DNA of 49,659 bases, filler included, from Bipalium vagum (taxonomy: Eukaryota): assembly GCA_037834085.1 (NCBI GenBank). It is 3 parts of 3 records of this genome, joined end to end, with 100 filler letters (N's around TTAATTAATTAA, not from the genome) between each part and the next. Parts side by side here need not be neighbours in the genome. Positions count along the whole stretch, not along the records: positions 33,464 to 49,659 come from JBBMKC010123225.1; 2 more parts are not named here. One strand, 5' to 3'. Under the pieces are notes generated by a model, which ran no database searches, was not told where the DNA came from, and was given only the letters and a program-made list of their open reading frames with translations. Positions 39,601 to 49,659 of this stretch are shown here, in pieces. Made by a program: the position numbers and the translations under genes. Numbering within the stretch: the first letter of the stretch is position 1; every line of letters starts with the position of its first letter.

Positions 39601-42600
39601 AAAAGTAAAATATAAATGATATTCTCAAAAAAGTGAAATGTCATAGAAAGGGAAATTTTATATTCAGGGATTATTGAATATGAAGTTTAAAGAGAGACGT
39701 TAAAAATAAAGTTTTCTCACTTATGAAATTTTAAAGATTTTTCAAAATTTTCAAAAATATGAACTAAATAAATTTAAAATAAAATGATAACAATAAATAA
39801 ATAAAATGTTATTTTACTAGGATCCGTTATTCTCATTCACGAAGATGGTAAAATCACAAACATAACTCACTTAGAGGGATCAGTTGTTCGTCTTTTGTAT
39901 CATGAAGAAAGGGATGTTCTAATAGCCACAACAGATATTGGTATGTTGACTCAACATCAATTATTGGCTGATGGAAGCAGTAGGGAAGTTATGAAGGTTG
40001 TTGTAGTGTTCAAATATCAGATGAAATTTTGACCTGTTACTACTAGGTAAAATTGGCCAGTCGAACGCCTAATCCATTTTTAATCTGGGCTGGTCCTACA
40101 ACTTTGGCTATAAGTCTAGGAGAGCCAATGATTCGCATGTGGGATATTGACCGAGAAGAAAATTATACACTTCAGGCCGATGAAATCCTTGGATATTCAA
40201 ATTCAGGAGTGCTATCAATGATCGATTATTGTTCATCACAAAGTAATTATCTTTACCTCAATTAACTGATATAATCTTATAAATTTACTTTCCCATTAAT
40301 TTTTTTATAATTAAAATTATTAACTTAATTTTTATGATGATTAAATTTGTATTGATTTTCAAATTATCGGTGGTACAGATTTTATCAATTTTTCCTTAAT
40401 CTTTAACACCATCATTTATGCTTGAAATGGTTGCTATAGCTGCTGGGGTTGATCGACTCAGAATTTCTGTTAGCGTTAAAACATAAAGCAATCAATCAAC
40501 CAGAAAAATATCGGATTTTCTTCTTCAAGACTAATTAGATCTAATAATTGTTGAAAACAATAAATCAATTACAGATGAATAAACTAAATGTGCAGGATTG
40601 TTTTGAAAATGTGAAAACCATTAAGTAAACTGATGAAACACTATCAATAATAGATCGCATTGTTTTAAAATAAGTTAAAAACAATTAAATTAAAGACTGG
40701 GATGGATTTTGATGGATTGAATTGAATGTTGTGATTAGCTTGAAACTCTGGAAGAAATATGTAATTTAAATTCTGGAAAAATCGATATATTGGTTTGTTT
40801 ATTTTAAAAAGTGTACAAGTTTCCATTGCTAGAATTCCTAGATTCTTCAGAAATTGAACAATGATAGAACAGGTCAATAGTTTATGGTTTTGTTTATGAA
40901 AATTTAATAAATATTTAAAAAAAAGTTATAAAACCTTTTATTCTATTTCGATTATTTTTATTTTATTCTATTTGTATTACATTTTTATTAAAGTACGAAT
41001 CTATAATTCTTTTACCGTATTTAGGTAAATAATAAACCATTTAAGGTAGCTTTTCAGAAAATGTTTCATTTTTAAGTATGAAAATTTCGTTTTATTTTAT
41101 CTTTCAGATTTTAATTTTAGTATGATATTAAATTGATTATCAGTTTTTATAGATATATTTGAAATGAGAATGAACCTACTTTTTCTGTATTTTTTACATT
41201 ATTATTTTCTAAAAAATATCTGAAGACTGAAATTTAAAGAATTTTTTATTGGAAAAGTTATTTCAATTTTATTCAGTGAAAAATGGAGAAAAAATTATTC
41301 GTAATAGTTAGAAAGAAAAGTAAAGGACAAGACAAAATGCAAGTTGAATAAAAAGTATATGTAAGAACTATTAATAAATCATTAGATAGAAAAGTCAGAG
41401 CACTTTTTAAAAAATGCTCTCTTAATTAATGTTAACTATTATTTTAATAACCTTTTTTACTTTTGTTTTTAATTTTTTATATCAACCTCTATGTCTATAT
41501 AGAAACTATCGTGGCTGGTTCTAGCAAGGGACAGATTGTTATGTGGAAAATGAATAATACAAGTTATTCCCAGGACAACCCGGAAAATCAGTGGTGCCTA
41601 CAACCAGCTACGAATCTTTTTAGCGATAAAGACGAATCAGGATGTGAGTTAATTACTGATATTTCATTAAATATTTCCTATTTTACTTGTTCCGAATCAG
41701 CCAGAAAAACTTTTTACATATCTGATACCATTTAAGAAAATTAATTCAATAGTCTATTTTAGTATTTCTTACCTTTGCGACGAAGTCGTCGGGTTCGGCT
41801 TTCCTCTTGAAATATGTATGCGGTAATCACGAATCTGAGCATTAAGGCTACTAAATCTGACTTTGGTATGTATAGATACTCAAACTCAACTATTATTAGT
41901 AATGCTTGTCCTACAATGCATGTCCTACAGCTAACAATCTGAATTCACTAGATTAAGGACATGCATTTATTACCCCTTATTCATCTTATAACTTATAAAG
42001 ATGAGATACGGATACACTGAATTTTCTTTAATAACATTAGAAAACACAAGGTTTTATTCAAAAGGCTTTATTTAATGTAGCATTTATTAAAAATCTTCAC
42101 TTTTTTAAACCTATATAGAAATTAGTGACCCCCTTATAATAAATCTTATTATCCCAGAACTAAGTCTTAATATTATCTGTCATCATTCAATATCAATTTT
42201 CGGAATGATACTTTTTAAATAGGAAAAAGTTCTAATTGTTATCGAGTCAGTTAAATTTGACAAAAAGTTCAAGTTTTAAGTTGATGAAAATTGTTTTATT
42301 TTTGACTCTGAGTTTATACTAATTTTTTTCATGATTTTCGTGCTCTGACTATTTAAAATAATGACATAATTTCTAGTATAGTAACTGGTTTGACTTATAA
42401 TTTCTTTTATCACCTTTTTTCTAAAAGATGGATTATTATCGATTTTATTAATTAGGCTTTCTTGTATTGCTATTCTTTTTGCATAGTCTTCGTCATATAA
42501 CTTATGATTAAGTTCGATTTGGTATGGATAAAGTTGAAGACCTTTTTGTACTACATTGTGTACAGCTTTAAAACGGAATCCAACTTCCTTAGAGGCAGTC

Positions 42601-45600
42601 CTTAATGGTATCTCAGATACTTCTTCATAAACCTGGTCATTTTCGCATATATTTTAATCTTCAATTGACTGTCTTCCAGACTTCCGAAGATTACAAACAC
42701 TTCTAGTCTCTTTTCTAGTCTCTTCCTTGTGGTCCTCGATTTAGGTATCTTATTCCATTTCAAGTGTTCTAAATTTCTTTTGACTAATATGACTAATTTC
42801 ATCTTAACTATCAGGGAAAACAATTTGCACTCTTTCTTCATTGGAGAATATTAATAAAATGTGAATTTTTCTGCAATTAAATTCGATAACATTGACTTAT
42901 TAAAACAACTAAACACTTACATTAAATTACAAAAATTATATTTCTTAGAAAAATGTAAATTGAATATTTAATTATGATATATATTTTTGCTGAGCTCCAA
43001 TGTCGGATACTTAATACACAATTTGTATTTAACTTAATTCTTTATTGTATTATAATATTCATCACCTTTATAAAGAAAGATAAAATATTGAAATTCTTTA
43101 GACATAAATATAGCACAAATAATAAGAACATTAAATGTTACTTGCTAAATATGTAGTAAATAATTTAAGCACACAAAATCAAACTACCATTGTTATCAAA
43201 TCTAAATACAATGTATCAATATAAATCTCAAATTTGTCAATTTCAGGTTTGTTGAGGATTGTTTGTTTAATACTCAAATTTCATCTGACAACTACTTTCC
43301 TGAATGGAATAATTTGGATAAAATCCACACTTTCTTAAGATATTTCCCTTCTTTTCCGCATATATCGTATTCTCTTTACATTAAAACCGTTTAAATCTGT
43401 ACCATTTGTCGAATATCCTTTTATTATTTTGAAATAAATTTCAATTTGAATTGTATCTTTGTAAATTCATTGTTTAAAGCGTCTGGTAATTACATACTAT
43501 GAACTGTATCTTTGCATATTCTTTTTCCAAACATTTTTTCAAGACGATATTTCCATATTATATTCCGAAATTTGATATTTTAAGAAAAAATTTTCTATAG
43601 TCTAAGATACTCCTTTCTTAAGTGATTGCTGGTAATATCCAAAAGTTTCATGTCTATAATTTATTATGAACAAAATAGTTAGAAAATTACAAAAATGTAT
43701 CATATCAAGGGATTTTCGGTTATTTTCAAATAAAATTATTTAATTTTTAATTTAACTCAAATTTTATATTGTTATACTTTACAATATTTCACTTTAAAAT
43801 GTTATCTTAATTTTATTAAGTTTATCTATTAATTTAACGCTTAATACGGAGTTAACCTATTTTTAAAAATTATTATTATTATTATTATTATTAATATATA
43901 TATATATATATTGAAAATCTATTTAGTTGGTATTGAGAAATTAGTGGCCAGTTCTTCAAATGTTATTGGTGCCATAACAGGTTCCAATGAAATGTTTATA
44001 CTTGAAGAGAGACCTATGATATCGGCATTTTCTAGTGGGATTGTGGTCACCCAGAAAGCAGTTAGGGAGTTATTTGTTGAATTTTACAACAGTACTATTG
44101 AAACAAATGAAAGCAGCAAAATATTTGTAAACGACAGCTTATTGAGTTCACAACCTCAGGAACCATTACAACGAAAGTGTAAATCTTTCCCTCTAGCTGT
44201 TGACCACAATATTACTTATATGGATTGCACTAAGGTAATGTTTTATAAAAGTTAAAATAATAATATAACATTAAATTCTAATAAATTACAATTTTTAACT
44301 TTAATATTTCATAAAACATTGAAAATTGTTTATTGAACTGTTTTTTCTTATTGATAAATAGTTTTAAAAAGAAAATATTTCTTTGTTTTATTCTACAGTA
44401 TTTTGAACATAATCTTTTCGAAAATGGTAAATACAAATGCAAATATCCATTTTATTAACCAGGAAACTTATTGAACTTTCCGCACAATATTCGTCTTTGA
44501 TTTCCAATTTAAGCATTAGTTTTAGCATCTTTAATTTTTGTCTTATAATTCGAGTTTAGTAAAATAAATGATTGAAGTTTTGAAATGAAGAAATTTCACA
44601 TTGAATTTTGATGAAAATGTTGTTTGATCGGTATTGTTTTATTATTCTTAAGTCAAAAAGCTTTCGAAATATTCATTACAAACGAATAACTGGAACCAAA
44701 GAATATTTTAAGAGCTTCAGCGTTATCTTTAAATAGTCATTCTAAAATAGACAAGGAAACTTTTTTCATTTTGTTGGTGTCAATTTCCTAAATGACGTTC
44801 TTTTAATATCAACAAGCACATATTTAATTTATTTTAATCTGTTGTTATATTTAGGGTATATTTTATTTTTTCCTTTAATTTTAAAGGTGATATACAAAAC
44901 ATTTTCAATTTTTAACTAGAAAGCGATAATATTTTCCTTTTAAAATATTTTCAAACTATTTCATATATATGTATATAATATTTTTAATTTTAGAGAATTA
45001 AGTTAAGTGGGTTTTAATTTATCTTCACCGTATTTCTCCCGTAAATTCTTAATTGAAATGAAAGAAGAAATATTCGAAACATTTTAAGACAGACATAAAA
45101 TGTTCATAAGATGTTAAGTATAAAAATGGTCATACATTTATAGCAATAAGATATTTTGAGAATTTTCAATAACTAATATATTCTTTACAAGTATTATACC
45201 TGATTAAAAGATCTAAATATACAACATCTGGAAGGCATTCGAATTATAAATTGTTTTAGGAAACGGCTATAAAATTGTCATTTTAACCGAAAAGTAAATA
45301 GTTTAGCTCAGACATTAAGTTTGGTTGATAATGATACTGAACTAAATATTTTATTAGGTTGAGGCATAGTGTTTTGCCGATAAAATGAAATAAGTTAAAA
45401 TCGAAAAAATTTTATTTTTTAATACAACATTCATCAGTTATATAATCACCATTGTTCTCGACAATCATTTGCCATCTCTGAGGCAGTTTCATGATTCCAT
45501 TCTGGTAGAACTTTTGAGATTTTGATTCTGCAGTTTTGCAACCTTCAAAGGAATCAAACCGCTTCCCATTAAGAGAGTTCTGTAGCGATCGAAACAGATA

Positions 45601-48149
45601 ATAATCCGAAGGTGCTATGTATGGAGAATATGGAGGGTGTATAAGAAGATCACATCCAAAGTTATTCAGTTTCTGTAGAGTTCGAAGACTTGTGTGGTCT
45701 TGCATTGTCCTGTTGAAATATTAGTTTATTTCTATTGACCACAGCGGGATGTTTTTCTTCAAGACCAGCTTTCAGATTGTCTAACTGTGCACAAAACCGT
45801 TCGGAATTTATAGTTTCATTGCTTGGCAGAAGTTCATGATAGATTATTCCGGACCAATCCCACCAAACACATAACATTACTTTGCTTTGGTGTAATTCTG
45901 GTTTCGGAACTGATACCGGACTCCCAGATTGCATTCGCCAATGCCGTTTTCGCTTAACGTTATTGAAAAGGATCCACTTTTCATCTCCTGTTACTATTTG
46001 TTTTAAAATTGAATCATTTTTGTTTCTGTTCAACAAAGAAATGCAAGCTGAAAACCAGTCATATTTGTTTGTTCTGATAATGCATGTGGAATCCAAATAT
46101 CACATCTGTTCACAAATCCAATAGACTTAAAATGTCTTCCAAATGTGGTCTGGTCTGTATGTAACATAAATCGAATTTCGCGTGTTGTTAGATGAGGATT
46201 ATTTTCTACCAGTTCTTTGATTTTGTCATTATCAACTGTAGGTGGTCGTCCAGAAAAAGTTCTTTTTTCAAGACTGATGTCACTATCACGAAATTTTGCG
46301 AACCATACACGAACAGTTCTTTCTTTAACTGCATCTTTACATATCTTTCTGGTCGTTTCTGAAGCATTTTTCCTTTTCTTAAAATATTGAAACATAATTG
46401 ATCTAAAAATTGTATCTTCAGTAACCATTTCTAAACTTAAAAAAAAATACAATTTAAAACAAAAGTCATATTTCATTATGATAATATCAGTAAACGATTA
46501 ATTATCTATTATCTTAAATATTTAAATAAATTTTGCTTGATGACTAAAAATCGGCAAACATTATTCCTCAACCTAATAATATATCCATATTTTAACATCA
46601 ATAATTATTTAAAAATATTATTTTTATAATTTAAAGTTTTATTTAATATTTATAGTTACTTATGCTTTGATGTTCTAAGTTATATTTGTTATAATTAAAG
46701 TTTTATAAACAATTCTAGCAAAAAACTAAACAAAGTCCTGAAATTATAAATATAATAATTGTGTAATTTGATTAAATTATTGATAGTAAATCAATTGAAA
46801 TATCAGTTTCTATTTAATGTAACATATCGATTATAATTATTATTATATATTTAATTATTAAGTATTTATTCAAAATTATGAAAATATTATCTACCATAGT
46901 TGTGGTTCCGGGGACAAAGATGTCATATATTGCTTAACCCAAATTTTATTATCGAATAAGAAATATATTATTCTTTCTTATTTCTATGGTTAAAATTAAT
47001 GATTATTTTACTTTATTAATTGTTTTTATGTAAATCATTAAATTTATATTATTTGACATGTGAATAAAGTATGTCAATTTAAAAGTTAATTAATTAATAT
47101 TTATTATTATTTATTTTATTCCTATCATTTTATTTTTATTTAATTAATTATTTATAAGTTTATTAAATTAATTTTTTATTTATTTTAAATATATTGTTTC
47201 ATTTAGGAAAATCTGGCAATATCTGATGGGCATGTAGTATATGTGTATAATTTTAAGGTTAATTCTGAAGACGCAGAACAAGCTTCTCTCTGTGGTAGGA
47301 TTTTTTTCTTTCGGAATTAATGTTACCAAAATTGTTATTCACTCCACACCATAAAAAAAATTTAATTTGCAAAGATGTATAAAATATAAATAGAAGATAC
47401 GAAACTGTACAAAACTGATAGAGATTGATTATATTAATGAAACTCTTAATAAACAAACTCAACTTTTCGTATGATTATTGTTTGGCGGCCGATCCTGAAT
47501 AAATAAATTTTTTGTATCCTTAAATCGAAGTATATATAAAACGGATCTTTCTATTAATTAAACTATAAATTATTAGTTTTAATCATCGAAAACACCAAGA
47601 ATGTCTTAGTTAATTATGATATTATATTTTTCGGATAAATTAATATTATCATATTTATTGAAACTAAATTTTTTAATTTTTCTAGCATTTTTGGATCTAA
47701 TTGATTCTTAAAAAAGCTTTCATGAATATTTCAAACAAATAAAAATTTTATTCATTTTTAATTTTTTTATCTTCTTAATAATTCCTTGGTGAAGGTTAAG
47801 TAAATAGTATAAATAGATGTTCTGCTGGAACATGTTTAAAATATATTAAAATTAATATTATTTAAATTCAGGTAATTTTGAAACATCTTCTCATATTCTG
47901 AAGATTCACCAGCAAAATATTTACATATATGAAAAATCTGAATTGCAAATCAGAAATTTTCAAGTGATTTATAATATATTATTATTATTACTGATGTTTA
48001 TAATGTTTTCGTTTTCTTTAGGGTATTATTAAACAGGTTGTAGCACTTGGAAATATGGATGGAAACTTAACATGTCTTGATATCAATAACAACTTCATGA
48101 TTTGTGTTACAGATAAATGTTGCTTGAGAACATTCGATCTTTCTAGACG
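36529..48149 (+). CDS. IFT140: Intraflagellar transport protein 140 (IFT-A), 5' part, coding exons 1-10; gene continues beyond the window
   Basis: Ten phase-compatible GT-AG exons whose translation follows the IFT140 N-terminal WD40 region colinearly (WHPSKALLAIGWSSG; ELARAAVGGDERALDLMTW; EVMKVKL; GEPMIRMWDIDREENYTL; ILEERPM; GIIKQV...RTFDLSRR). Confidence 0.95.
36716..37071 (+). CDS. IFT140: IFT140 exon 2
   Basis: taaag|GGC; GDIYDSCK...WHPSKALLAIGWSSG...FSWSSHGTRLISADIEGHLHAWKVDARG...; donor TA|gtaatg (phase 2, splits the apparent TAG). Confidence 0.9.
37114..37259 (+). CDS. IFT140: IFT140 exon 3
   Basis: tatcag|T; DIRELARAAVGGDERALDLMTWSKNNSG...FFAGLADG; donor G|gtaatt. Confidence 0.92.
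39821..39996 (+). CDS. IFT140: IFT140 exon 4
   Basis: tttactag|GA; SVILIHEDGK...LLYHEERDVLIATT...SREVMK; donor AAG|gttgtt. Confidence 0.92.
40047..40242 (+). CDS. IFT140: IFT140 exon 5
   Basis: tactag|GTA; VKLASRTP...GEPMIRMWDIDREENYTLQADE...; donor A|gtaatt. Confidence 0.92.
41503..41643 (+). CDS. IFT140: IFT140 exon 6
   Basis: tatatag|AA; TIVAGSSKGQIVMWK...QWCLQPAT...; donor T|gtgagt. Confidence 0.9.
42230..42880 (-). mobile_element. Tc3-like transposase relic in IFT140 intron 6
   Basis: Minus strand RTASKEVGFRFKAVHNVVQKGLQLYPYQIELNHKLYDEDYAKRI resembles the HTH/linker of Tc3-like transposases. Confidence 0.6.
43927..44234 (+). CDS. IFT140: IFT140 exon 7
   Basis: atttag|TT; GIEKLVASS...ILEERPMISAF...DHNITYMDCTK; donor AAG|gtaatg. 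Confidence 0.9.
45354..46576 (-). mobile_element. Near full-length mariner, mellifera-like subfamily, frameshifted transposase, in IFT140 intron 7
   Basis: TA-flanked TIRs ttaggttgaggcatagtgttttgccgat / atcggcaaacattattcctcaacctaa; three overlapping ORFs with WIPHAL, IVTGDEKW, KVMLCVWWDW, QDNARPH, HPPYSPYIAPSDY. Confidence 0.95.
47207..47294 (+). CDS. IFT140: IFT140 exon 8
   Basis: catttag|GAA; ENLAISDGHVVYVYNFKVNSEDAEQASLCG; donor G|gtagga, phase-compatible with exon 9. Confidence 0.82.
47872..47963 (+). CDS. IFT140: IFT140 exon 9
   Basis: attcag|GT; NFETSSHILKIHQQNIYIYEKSELQIRNFQ; donor CAA|gtgatt. Confidence 0.88.
48022..48149 (+). CDS. IFT140: IFT140 exon 10
   Basis: ttctttag|GGT; GIIKQVVALGNMDGNLTCLDINNNFMICVTDKCCLRTFDLSRR; donor CG|gtaaat. 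Confidence 0.92.
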
Positions 48150-48569
48150 GTAAATTATCATAAATAAAATAAATATAATTATAAATAATATTTTTTAAAA
48201 GCATCATAAAATCAGATATTAAAGATTATAAATATTATTGTGTTTCATTCTCAATATTTTTATTTAAATTTAATCAATTATTTGAACATTAATTTTATTT
48301 TTTGAAGACTTCGAAAACAGATTTAGAAAAATTAATTATTACTTGAGAAGATTGTATCATCAATTTTCTTTAAGGACATTATTAAAAAGATTATCTGGAA
48401 TATTTTTCTATCTTTAAATATAACTAATTCTTGTAATCTTTAGAAAACTTCGATTTAATTTAATGGTTATAAAAGTTCCATTTTTATTTAATTATAATTA
48501 GTTTTTCTTTTAAAAATAGGTTAAAAATTAATCAATAATAAAATTAGAATATGAGAAATAGTTACTTAA

Positions 48570-48800
48570 AATTTATAGAGAGTGCTCGAGATAGATCTGA
48601 AGCCTGTACTAAAAAATAAAAATGTAAGTAAAGTGATGTAGTAAACGTATTTAAAATTAGATTGGAATCTATTAGCTGTCACAACCGCTTCTATCTTGGA
48701 CCAAAACGTGATACATACTTGTTTTACCTCTTCCCGATTCAAATATACCATTACGTTCTTAACAGCATCTTATCATGACTTTGGTGAGCCTTTATGTAGG
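48570..48800 (-). mobile_element. DD37D/maT C-terminal fragment
   Basis: LNREEVKQVCITFWSKIEAVVTAN resembles the maT C-terminus (ACxxFRxRxEAVVxAxG). Confidence 0.5.
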
Positions 48801-48849
48801 CATATACATCAACTATATCTCGTGTACTAGTGAAAGTTATTTTGTAGTC

Positions 48850-49440
48850 AGTGCAGAAAGAAGGCATAAATAGAAAAGGTATATACTAATTAAGTACATA
48901 GACATCGTTGTTTTCTATAATTTCGCTCTGTTTACAAAATAATTTCATGATGTCATCTTTATAAAATGATACTGGTTTGGAATCTAAAAATTTTCTTTGA
49001 TTTTAATCTTTAAAGGTTGATATGAAACGAACTTTTTAACCAAGGAATGTTGTATTGCCGGTAACAAATGGTGAAATATGCGAATGGTAATTAGGACGAT
49101 CACATAAATGTTTCCATCAAAATTCAGTAATCTTTTAACGATCGGCATCCATATTATGCCTTGTTCTTTTTACCCAACTTAAATTTCGATAAATTATGTC
49201 TTTGCTGATTCTTTATTGTCAACTCATTCGACAAACTGTTTGACATGGTTTTTAAACATCAGTATCCACCTTCCCGGTCTAGAAGCATCTGCTAAATCGA
49301 AAGTCTTGGCTTTGAATCTAGAAAACCATCTCTCACATTTACTGACCTCAACAATATCCTAATATATTTAGTTAATTAATCTTTCCTCTGATGCTGTTTT
49401 ACCATGATCAAATTCTTTCGACATTTTGTGTCTGTCATTT
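48850..49440 (-). mobile_element. Mariner 5' relic
   Basis: EFDHGKTASE...KCERWFSRFKAKTFDLADASRPGR and FVTG remnants. Confidence 0.65.
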
Positions 49441-49517
49441 GTATAAATTTAATGCATATTCATCAAAGGAATCGAAAAATATTTAATTATTATATTTCAT
49501 AAAATCGTCAAAAAATA

Positions 49518-49659
49518 CAGGGTGCGCCACTTAAATCGGGAAGATAATAATTGTTACAAATCTTACATTTTAAATTAGAAACGTAATTTTCTGCATTGTT
49601 TAAATTAATCATTTAATCATTAACTTGTAAATTATAAATCAAATTTTAGAAATGAATTC
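49518..49659 (+). mobile_element. Start (TIR) of a Tc1/mariner-superfamily element truncated by the window end
   Basis: TA-CAGGGTGCGCCACTTAAATCG resembles CAGGGTG-type TIRs. Confidence 0.4.

Overview
Very AT-rich (roughly three-quarters or more A+T by eye) eukaryotic, invertebrate-type genomic scaffold. The bimodal introns, (AAT)n microsatellites and dense mariner relics resemble flatworm genomes, but the taxon cannot be proven from the sequence. Three contigs are joined by two artificial 100-bp N44-TTAATTAATTAA-N44 linkers. Two host genes are well supported. (1) A PCTAIRE-type cyclin-dependent kinase (CDK16/17/18 family) on the minus strand, with three internal kinase-domain exons visible (10003-10212, 7459-7645, 7342-7402); the 3' exons are not found in 1-7341 and presumably lie left of the window, and the upstream 'SEIGFG...LGE' exon was not found. 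(2) IFT140 (IFT-A WD40/TPR subunit) on the plus strand, with coding exons 1-10 from ATG 36529 to 48149, continuing past the window end. Most other non-low-complexity sequence is dead DNA transposons: mauritiana-, mellifera- and cecropia-type mariners with TIRs, DD37D/maT and Tc3-like fragments, a pogo/Tigger relic and a possible MULE relic. I found no convincing evidence of a novel multi-gene system. The items most worth checking are a tRNA-Ala-derived element with an extended terminal stem inside a mariner, two candidate minus-strand mini-exons, candidate RFX/CRE sites upstream of IFT140, a half-hammerhead-like fold, and a lineage-specific insertion in IFT140.
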